A stretch of 64,000 nt of DNA from Chlorokybus atmophyticus (Eukaryota; Plantae; Mesostigma and Chlorokybus algae): positions 124,001-188,000 of the forward strand of contig RHPI01000140.1 of NCBI GenBank assembly GCA_009103225.1. The letters run 5' to 3'. A program made the translations under genes and the position numbers. A model generated the notes under the pieces. It made no database searches and was not told the DNA's origin. It worked only from the letters and a program-made list of their open reading frames with translations. How positions within the stretch are numbered: position 1 is the stretch's first letter; the number at the start of each line of letters is the position of its first letter. Positions 13,411-26,269 of the stretch are shown piece after piece.

Positions 13411-15043
13411 TTTGCCGCGAGGTATGGTGTTTCGAGACACTCATTGCAGGTGTACATTTGTAGACATTCGCATGCATGTGCCAACACACCTGCACGCGTT
13501 CGCTGTGTGTGCACCCCAGCTGGGTTGGGTGTATGTACACAGGAACGATTGCTACATGTGCATGTGTGTAGATTGAGCGCGCGCGGGTGTACAAACGTGT
13601 ACTCGTGCTCCTGCACACTGTGCGTGTACTGCCTTGCGCACGCTTGTGTGCGTCTGTGACATCGCTGATGATTAAATGTTCCGGTGAGTATTGGTGCACA
13701 CATACCTGCATCAAAACCAAGTGCGCACATGCACGTACACGCAAGCATAGCGTACGCAAGCACAGACATACGTGTGCGCTCGTGCAATGCAAGCAAACAT
13801 ACACAATCTTCGCTTGCATTGCAAATAAGCACCTGGTATGCGACATGATTGGTGCTCAGCGCTGGTTGTTTGGTATTGCATTGAAGCGGTCTTTTCCCCC
13901 CTCAAGGCAGGAGAGGTCCTGAGTGCGGTAGGCCCAGCCGTGTCAGCTGGCGCCGAAGAGGATGCGGCACGCGCGCATAGAGGAGGCAGCATTGGCATCA
14001 TCCACTTCAACTACACTGCCGTCCCCATAGCTCTCTGTCGACCCTGCGCCTGCCGCTGCTGGCGCACGAGACGCATCCGTCGTTCAACTGAGGTGAGGTG
14101 AATCTCCACGCTGGTGGAACACCTGAAAGCGCACGCGCACGCGCGCTCGCACATGCACATACACTCGTACTTGTAGAGCATTGCGGCTGGACGCTGGCGG
14201 GGACGTTGTGTTTGAGTGCTGCACTGCGCAATCGCAGTAGAGAGGATGCTGCTTCTGCTATGGCCTTAGCATCCGGCTGCATGAGTGCGCTGCTCAGACA
14301 TGAGGTGACTGAGCCTTGGTAAAGTAAACCTGCATACTGTGGTATGTGAGTGTGTTTGCTGAAGGTCCAAATGGCAGATTGCATTTAGTGTTGGGATAGC
14401 TGCAGGACCCGTGCGCGTTGCCCACACTAGCGCGGGTACCAAGCAATTGCGAAGAGCACCTGATGGTCCGGCATGAGTGGACGACACGGTGATGGTGGTG
14501 CCGAGCGTACAGGCAGAGTATCGGCGGAGCAGCGCCGCCACCTCCAGACCCGCCGCCGCCGCGCTCTGGCTGCTGTTTGGAGCTGAGTCAGTCAGTGCCC
14601 AGCGCAAGTCCTCGGCTACACTTTTGGTACCACTGGCCGCTGGACCCCCGGTACTGACGACAAGTGGGATCAGCTGCATGCATGCATGCATACATGCTTG
14701 GTGCTGTAATGTAACAGGGCAGCAGTCGCCGGCACACGAGCCACAAGTCTTGCATTTGCGACACCCGCATGGCCTCTGTGATTAAGGCCTGCGCCTTGAG
14801 GTTGTAGCTTGCGACCCTGCGAGGTAGCGTGGAAGCAAGGCCGGCTGACGATAGCAATACAGCGTGGTGCTGGGCATTGGTGGTGGACCTGATTGCGGAT
14901 GGGTTGATACAATCCGGCAGGCGGAGACATCAGTCTCAGCGCACGCACAGCCCGTGTGCGCAGGTGATTGCTTCATGCATGCTTTGCACGCCTACGGGGC
15001 AGGTGGATAGGGGTAGTGTAGAAAGTAGACTTAGTGCTAGCTA

Positions 15044-15419
15044 TAGCCCGGTGGTGACTATACGATGAGTGTTGCGTGCATGTCAGTGTGATCACTAGCA
15101 CACCATGCATGCGGGCTTTATGGCATACCCCTTTTGTACACCCTGGGTGTACGTGCTGTTGCTATTGCTTTGGATTTGCATGTCCCAACAAGCATGTTAT
15201 ACGCTTGTGTACACACAATGCGCTATGTCACTGCTTATGTGCGCTTTTTGAGAATGCGACACATATTCTGGCGTGTGTGATGTTCAATGCTGCTTCAACA
15301 CAACTTATGCACTCCTGTATAATATAGTATGCAAGGATCGAGGCATGCATGAGAATGTCACATACACACATGCAGTCCGCACACTGCATCATCGCACTCG
15401 TATATTCACCACCAGGATG
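15044..15419. mobile_element. MITE-like element with degenerate ~25-bp TIRs (TAGCCCGGTGGTGACTATACG...)
   Basis: Left end tagcccggtggtgactatacgatgagtg; right end cactcgtatattcaccaccagg. An internal segment (gtataat...tgcaaggat...gcatgcatgaga) is shared with 15795-15975. Confidence 0.55.
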
Positions 15420-15794
15420 TCCAATCTAGTGGATACTACTTATCTACCTTCACTACTGCCCATACCCCGTGCAACAGTAACCAACCCCAACCCCACCGAC
15501 CACCTGCCCAACTGCCACGTAGCGGCCCTGCGCGGTGCAGTGCTGACGTTGGCACTGCACTGCGAGGGTTAGGGTAACAGGAAAAAACGCAGCAGCAGCT
15601 GCTGCGCAGAGCTGAGCTGGTGGCGGGAAGGGAGAGCAGGCGGGAGGGAGTCGTCCTTGCTGCTGCTGTTGCTGCCGTTGTCAACGCCAACTAACAGAGC
15701 CCGTGCGGGCAGGTAATGCAATACGCATGTATGCGTGCCTAATGGGGAGGTCTAAACTAGTGTAGCGTAGTGAGGTTGGAACAAACAGAGTGCA

Positions 15795-15975
15795 TAGCCC
15801 GGTGGTTGTGTTACAATGTGATTGCATGCTGTTTGGCATGCTGTATAATAAATAGAATGCAAGGATTGTGGCATGCATGAGAGTGTACAGGATATGCACG
15901 TGATGTATGTGACACACACGTGCATGAGCAGTCTACTCACCACACTATGAAGCACTCTCATCAACCACCGGGCTA
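15795..15975. mobile_element. 181-bp MITE with perfect 14-bp TIR TAGCCCGGTGGTTG / CAACCACCGGGCTA (terminal TA may be a target-site duplication)
   Basis: Perfect inverted repeats at 15795-15808 and 15962-15975. The same end motif occurs at ~4027-4037 and ~21583-21592. Confidence 0.7.
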
Positions 15976-16179
15976 AGTAATGTCATGCATGTCTACAACT
16001 ACTGGCAGCATATCCTGTGTACGTGCATGCACAAGTAAACACCTGTACAAACATGCGAGCAACTCAGCGCAGGACATGGATTCCACTTACTACTCTCGAT
16101 GGTATCTTTACAGCACCGCTCCTCACATGTCCATGGCCACCAATTGGGCAAGTAGCTGCACAGTTTTGCCTAGCCTGAG

Positions 16180-17055
16180 ACGACACCATGGCTTCTTCTG
16201 CACCTTACCAGGATGCTAGAAAAACCTGGTTTAACATTATTATGGCCGCACATCTTGAGAAGTGGCTAGCTGATGGTATTGGGTACAAAGGGCTACTACG
16301 GCATGTCAGTACAAGGCTTGGCGTTGAGGGAGCTGCTGGTACTAATCACACATCTGGTGTGCTAAACCACTGTCAGCGTCATGGCTTTAACTGCACATAT
16401 CGGGATGATGCTCTCGGAGCTTCACATCATCAATAATGCAGCCCTTTGGGCTGCAAGACGCTGCATACGCAAACCAAGGGAGCTCTAGCCGCTGCTTGGC
16501 GGGCAGCTCCTGCTTATCTGCCCAGTGCACCAAGGTAACTGCATCTAATGTGCGCAGCCACCAAGCTGTGGCGCGTTTGGGAGTTTCGCGAGGGGGCCAC
16601 GGCATGCGTGGTTGCCAACCTGCAGCCGCAGCAATTTGTGTATTTTGAAAGCAAGCCTGCCTAAGACCATGTTGTGGGTAAACGCATGGATGGAGTAGTG
16701 CATGTGTACACGTGCACAGTTCGGCACAACTGAGATAGCTAACAGAAAACACAACACACCTCTCGGATGTTCAACGAATACTTCAAGTGGGCTGGCTGGG
16801 GTGCTCACAGGGAACGACAGCTTGCTGCACCACGAGTAATTGTACTTGAAGTGCCCCTTCGTAAAACACCTACACAGGGGTCAACTCGTTAGCTTCTAAA
16901 CCGCACACTCACCAACACAGACTGCGCAGCCGCACTCACGTGGTGAAAACCGGCAAGCCATCATCAGGATGCGTCACTCCTTGGCCCAGTTCCCATATGT
17001 GCTGAAGTACCTCTGGGTGGTGCACAACAAGAGTTGGCAAATCCTCGCGCACGCA
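16180..17055. repeat. Copy B of the ~0.87 kb direct duplication
   Basis: Colinear with 12445-13320. Confidence 0.9.
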
Positions 17056-18100
17056 CGCGCGCATAGTAGATGTACAAAACAAGCATATTCCCCCTACAAC
17101 ATGGTGCAATCCATACCACAACTTACGTGTTGAGTAGTTGCTGTCATCCTGCAGTATGGCTGCAGCCGCTGCACGAGTGCTGCGCCAAGCATCAAGTTTA
17201 TTTTCAAATCGCACAGTAAGATGCCGCAACTGCGTGACCGGGCATTGATCCACATCGTAGTAGAGCTGGTACCAGATCTCATACATGTCTGCATGTGACA
17301 AAAAATGCGCGTGTGCACATAATAACCTAGGAAATTTTGCCTGTCAACGCCAAGTGCGATCAAGTGCACAAAACCCTACTAAACCTTACGGAGTTAACCC
17401 AATTTTAAAGTCAACAACAACGCACCTGGGCCGTTGCCATAGACGACAGGCGGGTTCAGCGGTTCGTCAATGAACGCTGCAGCTAAGGTCTCCTGCTGCT
17501 GGTACTGTCCCGGGCTACAACTGCTGGTACTTGAAGCAGGGGAGTCTCGCTGTGCATCGGACGGCAACGACGACGACGACAAAGGGGACGCGGATGAGAT
17601 GGGAGGGGACAAGCAAATACCCTCGTCAAACTCATCCCCTGAACTGCGTGTGGAGAGCTGGCTCCAAGCCCCGCCCCTACGCCTTCTCAAGCCCATTGTG
17701 CCGCCCCTCCCCCCGGCCCCTCTGCTTGGCAAAGCCAGAACAAGGAGGTGGGTGGAACGGCAGACTCAAGCTCCCCAGGCCACAGTCGCCAAGCAGACAA
17801 GCGCACCGACCCGGCCGCACTCCTCCTGCCGGTGGTCACCCTCACCACGCACGCACGCACACCACCAACAGTGGCCTAGGGTTTGCTACCGGTGCTGACT
17901 GCGACAGCGTGATTGCAACTGTGGAACTCACCTTCATGAACTAAGCACAAGGTGGGATCACAGGTTCCATAAAGGCGCGAGGGCTCGCCAGGCCCTCGCG
18001 CCTGTAAAGTTTCTAGAAGGCAACGCCAGTGTCGAGAACTACTGACCAGCCTTCCGTTGATAACAAAGCGAACGCACGGAGTCAAATCTTCCGTACACGC
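16387..18100 (-). CDS. Hypothetical multi-exon orphan gene, paralog B
   Basis: Same three 3' exons as paralog A, ending ...KLREHHPDMCS*. Candidate upstream exons at ~18100-17935, ~17700-17430 and ~17290-17100 are bounded by plausible splice sites. Confidence 0.4.
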
Positions 18101-18715
18101 TTCCTTAAGGCTGGCCTAGTCTGCCAGCTGTGTACTACGCTTGGCTGGGCGCTGGCGGCGGCGACTGCAAAGAGGAGAAGGAGGAGGACGCGGACGAGGA
18201 CGTAGCAAACGAAAGTTGTTAACTTTTGTTTAAAAAGGAAAGCCGAGTGGTTGATTGCAGCTACTGGTGAGAGCATGGCATACGTGTGTTCAGTGCGCTT
18301 TTCAAGGTGCATGCTTCTGCCATTACTGCTGTGTTGCTGCTTCATTACTTTGCTGCTATGCATGTAACAAGCACATTACAGGATAGGTTTGGCGTCTGAT
18401 ATGCTGTGATGGTTTGTTCTGTTGTTAGTTTATTGGGTATGCTTGAACAACCAACGGTGCCTCTTGATTGACTGTACATCCTGGTCCATGTACATTTTTG
18501 TCGCCTGAAAGCAGTTGCAGAAGAAGCGGCAAGGTGCAGCTTCATGCTTTCATTCTTTCCTTACGATCAGACAGCCGTTTACGTAGTGGTGCGCTGGAAC
18601 AAGCTAAGCATGCAACCATGGATAGAGTCTTGGTTTGACACGCGGCAACCAATAGTCAACCAGCCATGCGCTAAGCTGATTGTGAAAGGCTAATACACAT
18701 CCTGCGCATGCAGAG

Positions 18716-21273
18716 ATGTCGGCAGTGATGGCGTTGGAGGGTGTCAGGCCGAAGGCAGGCGTGTGCTCGCTGTCGTCCGTGTCTGTGCATAGAACACCAG
18801 AGCTACAGCGCGCATGCAGGTCGCCAGCGCCAAGCTCCAGCTATTCGCACGCACAAAGGGCAGCACACTGCAAGCTCACGCCCGCCGTTGCGTCCGCCAT
18901 CGCCACTGCGCCCGCAAAAGATGTAACTGTATCCCTTGAGAAGAATAAACTTGGAGACTCTGACCTTTTGGTGACGGAGATATGCCTTGGCACGGTACGG
19001 TTCCTCTTGCGTTTACCCTCTATAGTTCTCAAAGACCAGTGAATGCACCTCAACATCAAGATGTCAAGCCTCAGTGTACATTAACCACTGCGTACTGCGC
19101 GCTTCAAGTTGGCATGCATGCGTCTTGCACAGCAACTCAGTCACTACCAGTTTAGCTGCAGCTGTGCGCGCTTTTCAATCCACACTGATGGCATTGCAGG
19201 CGTGAGTTCTCTGGTGTGCACAGCAAGCACCTTCATATTGCCGCACTGCTGAGCCATGTGTGTTACAGATGACCTGGGGTGAACAAAATACAGAGAAGGA
19301 AGCCCATCACCAGCTCAGCTATGCTTTTGATATGGGTGTCAATTTCATGGACACAGCTGAGATGGTGAGCTCAATGTTTGCAGCCAGATAGCGGGCTCCC
19401 TTTTAGTTGTTGCCAGTGCATGACCTTGTTGCAAGTAACGTTGATAATGCTTGTGCAGAAGAGACAACGCATGTTGGTCCGTCAGTCCCTCACCTTGCTG
19501 TGTGTTGCAGTACCCTGTTCCTCCAAAACAAGAGACGCAAGGCTTGACCGATAAGTACATTGGCAGTTGGCTGAAAAACCAGAAAAGGGATGAGGTGAGC
19601 GTACATAGCCATCACTTAGTCCATAGAGTTTGCAAATTGCTTATGGGTGACTTCTTGCACAAATTTTGCTTTTGAAGGCATGTTGACCAAGTTGTAGGTG
19701 GTCGGGTTACTGTCAATGGATGTAACAGACACACTTGCTTGTTCACTGAGGTCCGGTCTTGCTGAAGCTTTTGGTCTTGCTTCGTGCAGATCATCCTCGC
19801 CTCCAAAGTGGCGGGATACAGCACGGCGCGGGCGTATATGCGGAAGAGCGGCAAAACACTGCGGGTGGACCGCGAGAATGTCATGGAGTCGGTTGAGAAC
19901 AGCCTGGGTAGGCTCGGAACAGACTACATTGACCTTCTGCAAATCCACTGGTAAGCCTGTGCAGGCTTGACTCTAACTTGTCTGCGTTTAGATAGAAAGG
20001 AGCTGCTGTTGCTGTCATTCTTGTTTACGTTTGTGTACCTTCCAGGCCTGACCGATATGTGCCGTTATTCGGCCAGCGGGCGTACAACTACGAGAAGGCC
20101 AATGAGTACAAGCCAGTGCCGTTTGATGAGCAGCTCCGCGCGTTTGAAGACCTTGTCAAGTACTACATCTGGCATTATGTCACTTCATTAGTGAAAGCAA
20201 GGCGTCATGCACACGCATTCACCCCCTGACATGTGGGCTACATACAGGCAAGGCAAGGTGCGGTACATTGGCGTGTCCAATGAGACTTCATATGGTGTGA
20301 TGGAGTTCCTGAAGGCTGCGGAGGTGGCAGGCCTTCCCAAGATTGTGTCCATTCAGAACAGCTACTCGCTGCTCGTGCGCAGCTCTTTTGAAAGTATGTA
20401 GCCTGTCTGTGCCATGGAGTTGATATTTCTCGTCTGGATGATGCTGCCTGGCTGCAGTTGGCCTTACCTTGCTGTTTGTGCTCTGCAGCTGATTTGGCAG
20501 AGGTCTGCGCACCGTTCCATGGCAATGTTGGTCTGCTCGCTTACTCACCGCTTGCGGGAGGGTCATTGAGCGGCAAGTACAACATCCCTAACGGACACAC
20601 TGAGGCAAGCACACCTTTCATGCACAACCTGCATAGTGCATCAAGGTGACGCATGTAGTATTGCGTCACCTTACCACCACAGTTGCCATGCCTGACATGC
20701 GATGCGGTGCTTTTGCTTCCAGGGCGCGCGGCTGACCCGCTTCCCAGGCTACATGGCGAGATATCAGGGTTCGCGAGCAAGGGTAAGCACATGTCTACTG
20801 TCTTGCCTATTTGCATGATAGACGTGTACTTTGCATGCTATGCACTGCTTTGGTGATGTTGACAGTGCGGTGTTGCGGTAACTGCATCAATCCGTTGGGT
20901 GTACATGAGCATGTACAACTGCTGATGATGGGCAGGACAAGATGTGGTGTGCACTCATAGTCTATGCATGTTGTTGTATTGTCCTGAATGACTGTTGCGA
21001 CTGACAAAGTAGCACCTATTCACATTGAATGCAAAACAGGAGGCTGTCGGAGAGTACATGAAGGTGGCTGAGAAGTACGGGTTGACGTCGGCACAGCTCG
21101 CACTGGCATGGTGCAGGGCGCAGCCATGGGTCGCCAGCACCATCATTGGGGCAACAACAATGGAGCAACTCAAGGAGAACATTGGCGCATTCTCCATTGA
21201 CTTGCCAGAAGAAGCATTCAAGGACATTGCGGAGGTCTACAAGGTGTACCGCGATCCTACGCTACTTGATTAA
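18716..21273 (+). CDS. Aldo-keto reductase, Tas-like, with probable plastid transit peptide
   Basis: LGDSDLLVTEICLGTMTWGEQN, GVNFMDTAEMYPVPP, LGTDYIDLLQIHWPDRYVPLFG, GKVRYIGVSNET, IVSIQNSYSLL, LLAYSPLAGG.LSGKY, QLALAW...STIIGATTMEQLKENI; stop TAA 21271-21273. Confidence 0.93.
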
Positions 21274-23707
21274 AGTTGTTAGCAACAGTTTCAACTAGCA
21301 TTCCGCTTTGATTCTTCGACAGCATGCAATTCAATGCGTGTTGTGTCTTTTTGTTATTACGTTGGCCGTGGGTAACAAGGGTAACCTTTAAGTACTAACC
21401 TGTTACCTTCATTACCCTGCTGCCATGAAAAGTCACAATAATCAGATGTATCGATAACATTGGTCAATGCCGCATGTGGTTGTGCCCATGTGTACAGTTT
21501 ATGACGTGCTGTTCTGCACTCGCATGCAGTATGCAGATCACTCGAGCATTTCACTTACACTAATATACATCACCATTGTTACTACCGGGCTATGCTACTT
21601 TGCTACTCTACACCAACTAGCCTTCCCCATTGAACATGCATGCACATGCACATTTTTGTCAATACTTGCCCACATGGGCTGTGTTAGTAATTGAACAGCG
21701 TATATTGAGCAAGGATATGAGCATCAACCGCAAATAGTGGCGCCTCATTCGTTAAGTTATTGTCATATGTGTGATTATAGGATATGCGCGTGATGTTTGC
21801 TGGCGGCTGTTTGAGTGTCTAGCTGTAAAGTCCGGCGTCCCAGATGACGCATGGTGTAGCTTCGCCTTAATTCCCATGCAATTCATGCTTGCTGTGTGTT
21901 TGCTTGCTACACATGGCTTGTGTCCTTTTTGGCTTCAGTGGGGGGTTTGCTGCGACTTTACCGTTGAGCATATATATGAGGCATGTGCGCTTGCTAATTT
22001 TTATGATGACACCTACCATAAATTGCCTGATGGAGCATTCCATGTGAGGCTTGCTGCAAACACTAATCGCAAGTGGAGACGTCCATGCTTAACCGCAATA
22101 TAGCATAGGGTAAAAGATGGAGTCCCCCAGTAGTAGCACATACAAGCAAGCACGCCTCATATCATCACGCCCAACAAGCACTTTATAACATAGAACAAAA
22201 CCAAACCCTAGCGCTAACAATCGTAATATAGCATTTACCCATGTCTGCATGCCATGTTAATCTTTGCAAATATCGCGTGTACATGCGTTACATGTTGACG
22301 GATTATGTCAACTCACATAAAACTACTTTGAAGTGATCCTAATCGTGGTTGCTATCAACATAAGTGGCGCACACCTTACATACCATGTGCTTGTTTGCGA
22401 GTGAACAAAGACTCACATTATGTGAGTCACATAGCAAACCACTTGAATCGGTTTGCTCCATGACAACAACTGGCAACGAGAGACTGTTTCACAACTTCGG
22501 TCATAAGGTGCGCACTGATTGTCACTGATTATCACAGGCAATGATGTCATTGATGTGACTGGCATCATGTGACTCGCTGCCAGCAAGCTACCGCGGCGTG
22601 GTGGCGGGAAAAGCATCCGTTGGACTCGGGTGGTGCAGGATGACGGTGGCGGCGGGGAGGTGGCGGGGCCTGTATGTCCAGGGGAGCGTAAGTGCCGCCG
22701 TTACGTCAACCGACAGACGCTCACAGCTGGCCCGTAGAGCTGCTGCTGGTGCACAGGTGTGCAGCTGCTTTGGATGTGACAGCGCCAGCGCCTCACCAGC
22801 AGCTTTTGGGTGGCTGTCGGCTAGCGAGCATGGAGCGGCTGCTTCAGCTGTTGACACGACGCCTGGAGCGCCCGCGGCTTGATTGAGTCAGCTGAGATGG
22901 CCATGGCCAAGAAAGGACGCCTCTACCCGTTACGTCAACTTGGAGGCAGCATGTGAGCAATGCAGCGTGCTGTGTCGTTGTTTTCAGCGGTTTGAATGAG
23001 AAAGAGCCTGGCAGGGCTAGGCTTTACATCTTAGGGTTATTGCTACTTTGAGCATTGTCACGCTTTGCTCAGTGATAATGACAGCCCGGCTTGGCTGGCG
23101 CTCTGTAATGTAGGATGGGGCAGCGGTTAGACGGCCAGAGACCGTGGCAGCTGGCTAGTCTGTGTGTATTCGGGCATTTTTTCAGCATTGGTACTCGTAC
23201 TTATTCGCTGAATCTTGCCATTCCCAAGGTGCAAGGAACGTTGGTGCACTGTGGTGGTTATGAGTACAACTGTGTTCACACGCTGCTCCCTTGCCCGAAG
23301 CTGCTAGCTTGCATATTACTTTGCTTGATTGCTCGGTTATTTGGTTGTCGACAGCATTTTGCTTGCTATAGACTGGTGGCTGCTTGCTGGTGTAACTGGC
23401 AAATCCCACGAGGTACAACCAGGGGTGGTCTTCTTATGCTGGTGTGTGTGGCTTGGTTTAAGTGTTCTAGTCGTTGCTGTGTTTTGGTATGCACCCGCAA
23501 GCTTGAGCTTCGTCTGCCTGCACAAAAAACGCTGACTGCTTCGTCTGTTGCATGGCTTGCTATAGTTGGTCGCCATGTGAGCTGTTGACTGAGTTGCAAG
23601 CGTTACACACATTGCCTTGTCTGTGAAGTTTCTATCAAACATGCTGTCTAACGCCTTGCCAGTCACCTTGACACCTGTATGTTGGCAACAGATTGCGGCC
23701 GGTCAGC

Positions 23708-25572
23708 ATGACTGTGTCTTCAACAACCACGATTGCACAGCAGCTCGATGAGGCCAAACTGCCGCTCATTTCACCAGAGGCCAAAGCACAGTACAATGCG
23801 CAGGAGCCGGGAACCAAAACTGTGGCCCTGCAACTGAGATGGTTTCCTAAGGCATGGCTGGCACCTGTTCTCCTGGTACGTGTTGCATTATGCTGCTCTC
23901 ATGTGTTTGTGGCGTCTTCAAGGTAAACACCAACGTCATGTTGTTTTCAGGCTGCAGCAGTGCTGCAATGGTGGTTCTTCAACGTGGTGACCATCATTCT
24001 GAACAAGTACATCTTTGCCATCATGACATTCCGCTTTCCCATGACGCTCACCATGATACACTTCTCCGTGTGCTCCGCGTGCGCATACCTTGTCCTGAGG
24101 ACCTTTCAGGTATGTACCATCAAGCCATGTCAAAGCATCAACTCAACACATGCATAAGCCGCGATCCCAGTTGTATCTCGTTCAATCTCCACAGGCTTGA
24201 TGGAGCTTGTTTTGCCCAACACTATCAGAAATACGCATTGTAACTTAAATCGCGAATTGCCATGCATGGGGTGGTTGTTTTTCCAGCCTTGGAAGGTTCA
24301 ATTACACTTCGTGTTGCTTGGTATGTTTGTTTGCAGTGTTCACCACTCAGTGCCAGTACTTCAAGGCAGTGCGTACTAAGCACACAACAAGAACTGCATA
24401 GCCCTCTATGTACTGCTTCTTGTATCTAGTTACTTCAAGACACTTGCACTAGGAGTTGTTCTGTATGTGCAACTGTGGAGAATTATATGTGTTCTGGTGT
24501 ATGCAGCTGAAGCCACTAACAGAGGTGATGCCTGGTGACCGACTGAGGAAAATACTACCGATGGCGTCGGTGTTCTGCGCAAACATTGTGATGGGCAACC
24601 TGGCACTACGTCACATACCAGTGTCGTTCATGCAGACAGTCAAGTCCTTCACCCCCGCAGCGACTGTCATGCTGCAGAGCATCATCTGGCGCAAGCAGTT
24701 TGGCTTGGCTGTTTACTTGTCGCTGCTCCCAATTGTTGGTGGCATCGCGCTGACATCTGCGACTGAAGTAAACTTTGTGTGGTTCGGTTTCATCGCTGCC
24801 TTCCTGGACTGCTTCCTTGCTGGCCTCAAGGTTTGTCGAACTACAGTACAAGTTTTTGCGCTGTCGTACAGGCAATATCAAGTTATGCAGCAGGACCACC
24901 TTGCATGCTGGTTGGTGCACCTCAGTTGTGTGTAGTCGGTGTGGTCTGTGGGTGCGTGGGGAGGTTAATTTGCCTTTCTCATGTGGTGTTTTCTCCTTAC
25001 ACAGACCATCATGGCTGAGGTGCTACTGCAGGGCAAGTACAGCTTTGACAGCATAAACACTGTGTAAGTGGCAGGCATATACGCATGCTAGTAGTGAAGT
25101 GCACATGTTCCAGTCACATGACTGCAACATCTTACTCGGGTGCATGTAGTTGTATTCACTTCCATGTGTCTGGTTTGATTACAGGTACCACATGGCTCCC
25201 ATTGCTGCAGCGATTCTCGCACCTTTCGCAATTGTGTTGGAAGGGCCTGCGGTCACCGCATGGTTCCGTGCACAACTCGACTTGACATACCCTATCTCCG
25301 TGCTTGCCGGAAGCGGTCTCTGCGCCTTCGCGCTGAATTACTCCATATTCTTTGTCATTCAGACGACATCGGCGGTTTCGTTCAATGTTGCTGGCAACAT
25401 GAAGACGGCGGTGGCTATCTTCTTCAGCTGGCTCGCGTTCCACAACCCCATGAGCGTGTATAACTGGGTGGGGTGCAGCATCACCATTGTTGGGTGCACG
25501 ATTTACGGCTTTGTGCGCTCAATGCAACAGAAGGCAAGCAACAATGTCAGCAACAGCGCTGGCAAGTATTAG
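23708..25572 (+). CDS. Golgi nucleotide-sugar transporter (TPT/DMT family), UDP-galactose transporter/GONST5-like
   Basis: Exons 23708-23875, 23951-24109, 24507-24830, 25005-25043, 25184-25572 read LQWWFFNVVTIILNKYIF...FRFP, NIVMGNLALRHIPVSFMQTVKSFTPA, LLPIVGGIALTSATE, FDSINTVYHMAP, TTSAVSFNVAGNMK. Confidence 0.93.
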
Positions 25573-26269
25573 GACTTGGCTGAGTTGCAACCGCACTGGA
25601 CGAAATGAGTGTGTTCGTGTTGACAGTAAGACCCTTTAGTTGTGGCAAACTGTTGGGCAGCGCTGTTTGCATTACACTAGATGCAAGTTGCTGTTGGCGT
25701 AAACAATTGTACTTAGTACTGGTCTGATACAACCGGCCAAGCAAAATCAAACTGGTTTAAAATAATGAGGCACAAGGTTGGTTGATTGATGATGACAGAA
25801 TGATTGAACAAGCACACCATGCCTGCATGCATAACATTGAAGGTCAAAGGCTTGCTCACCAACAAACAGCCCAGTGTATGCACATAACTAAATGTCTGCC
25901 AAACCATTGACATGGAATAATATGTTGCATATTTACCTGGGCAGCTTTGTCAGAGTGTACTACAATGCAAGCACCGTACAACTTTTGAAATCTCGACCAC
26001 TATCATTTTGTACCAACTCCATTACATACTGCAACCGTAGTGGCTACAACAGATGTGTGCAGCTGGGTGGTATGCATACAAATGTTGCCCTATTGTTCCC
26101 TTATCTCATCTACAAAGCAAGAAGGTGCACGCCAAGTCTCTTCATTCACAAAACATGCATTTCGAGAGTCCAAACTGTACACCCTGAAAGCCAACCTTCC
26201 AGCTCAAGCAATTGCTGATCTGTCCAGCTGTCAGGCTCCAAGCTACCAACAAGTCGCTAAACGTCTGCC

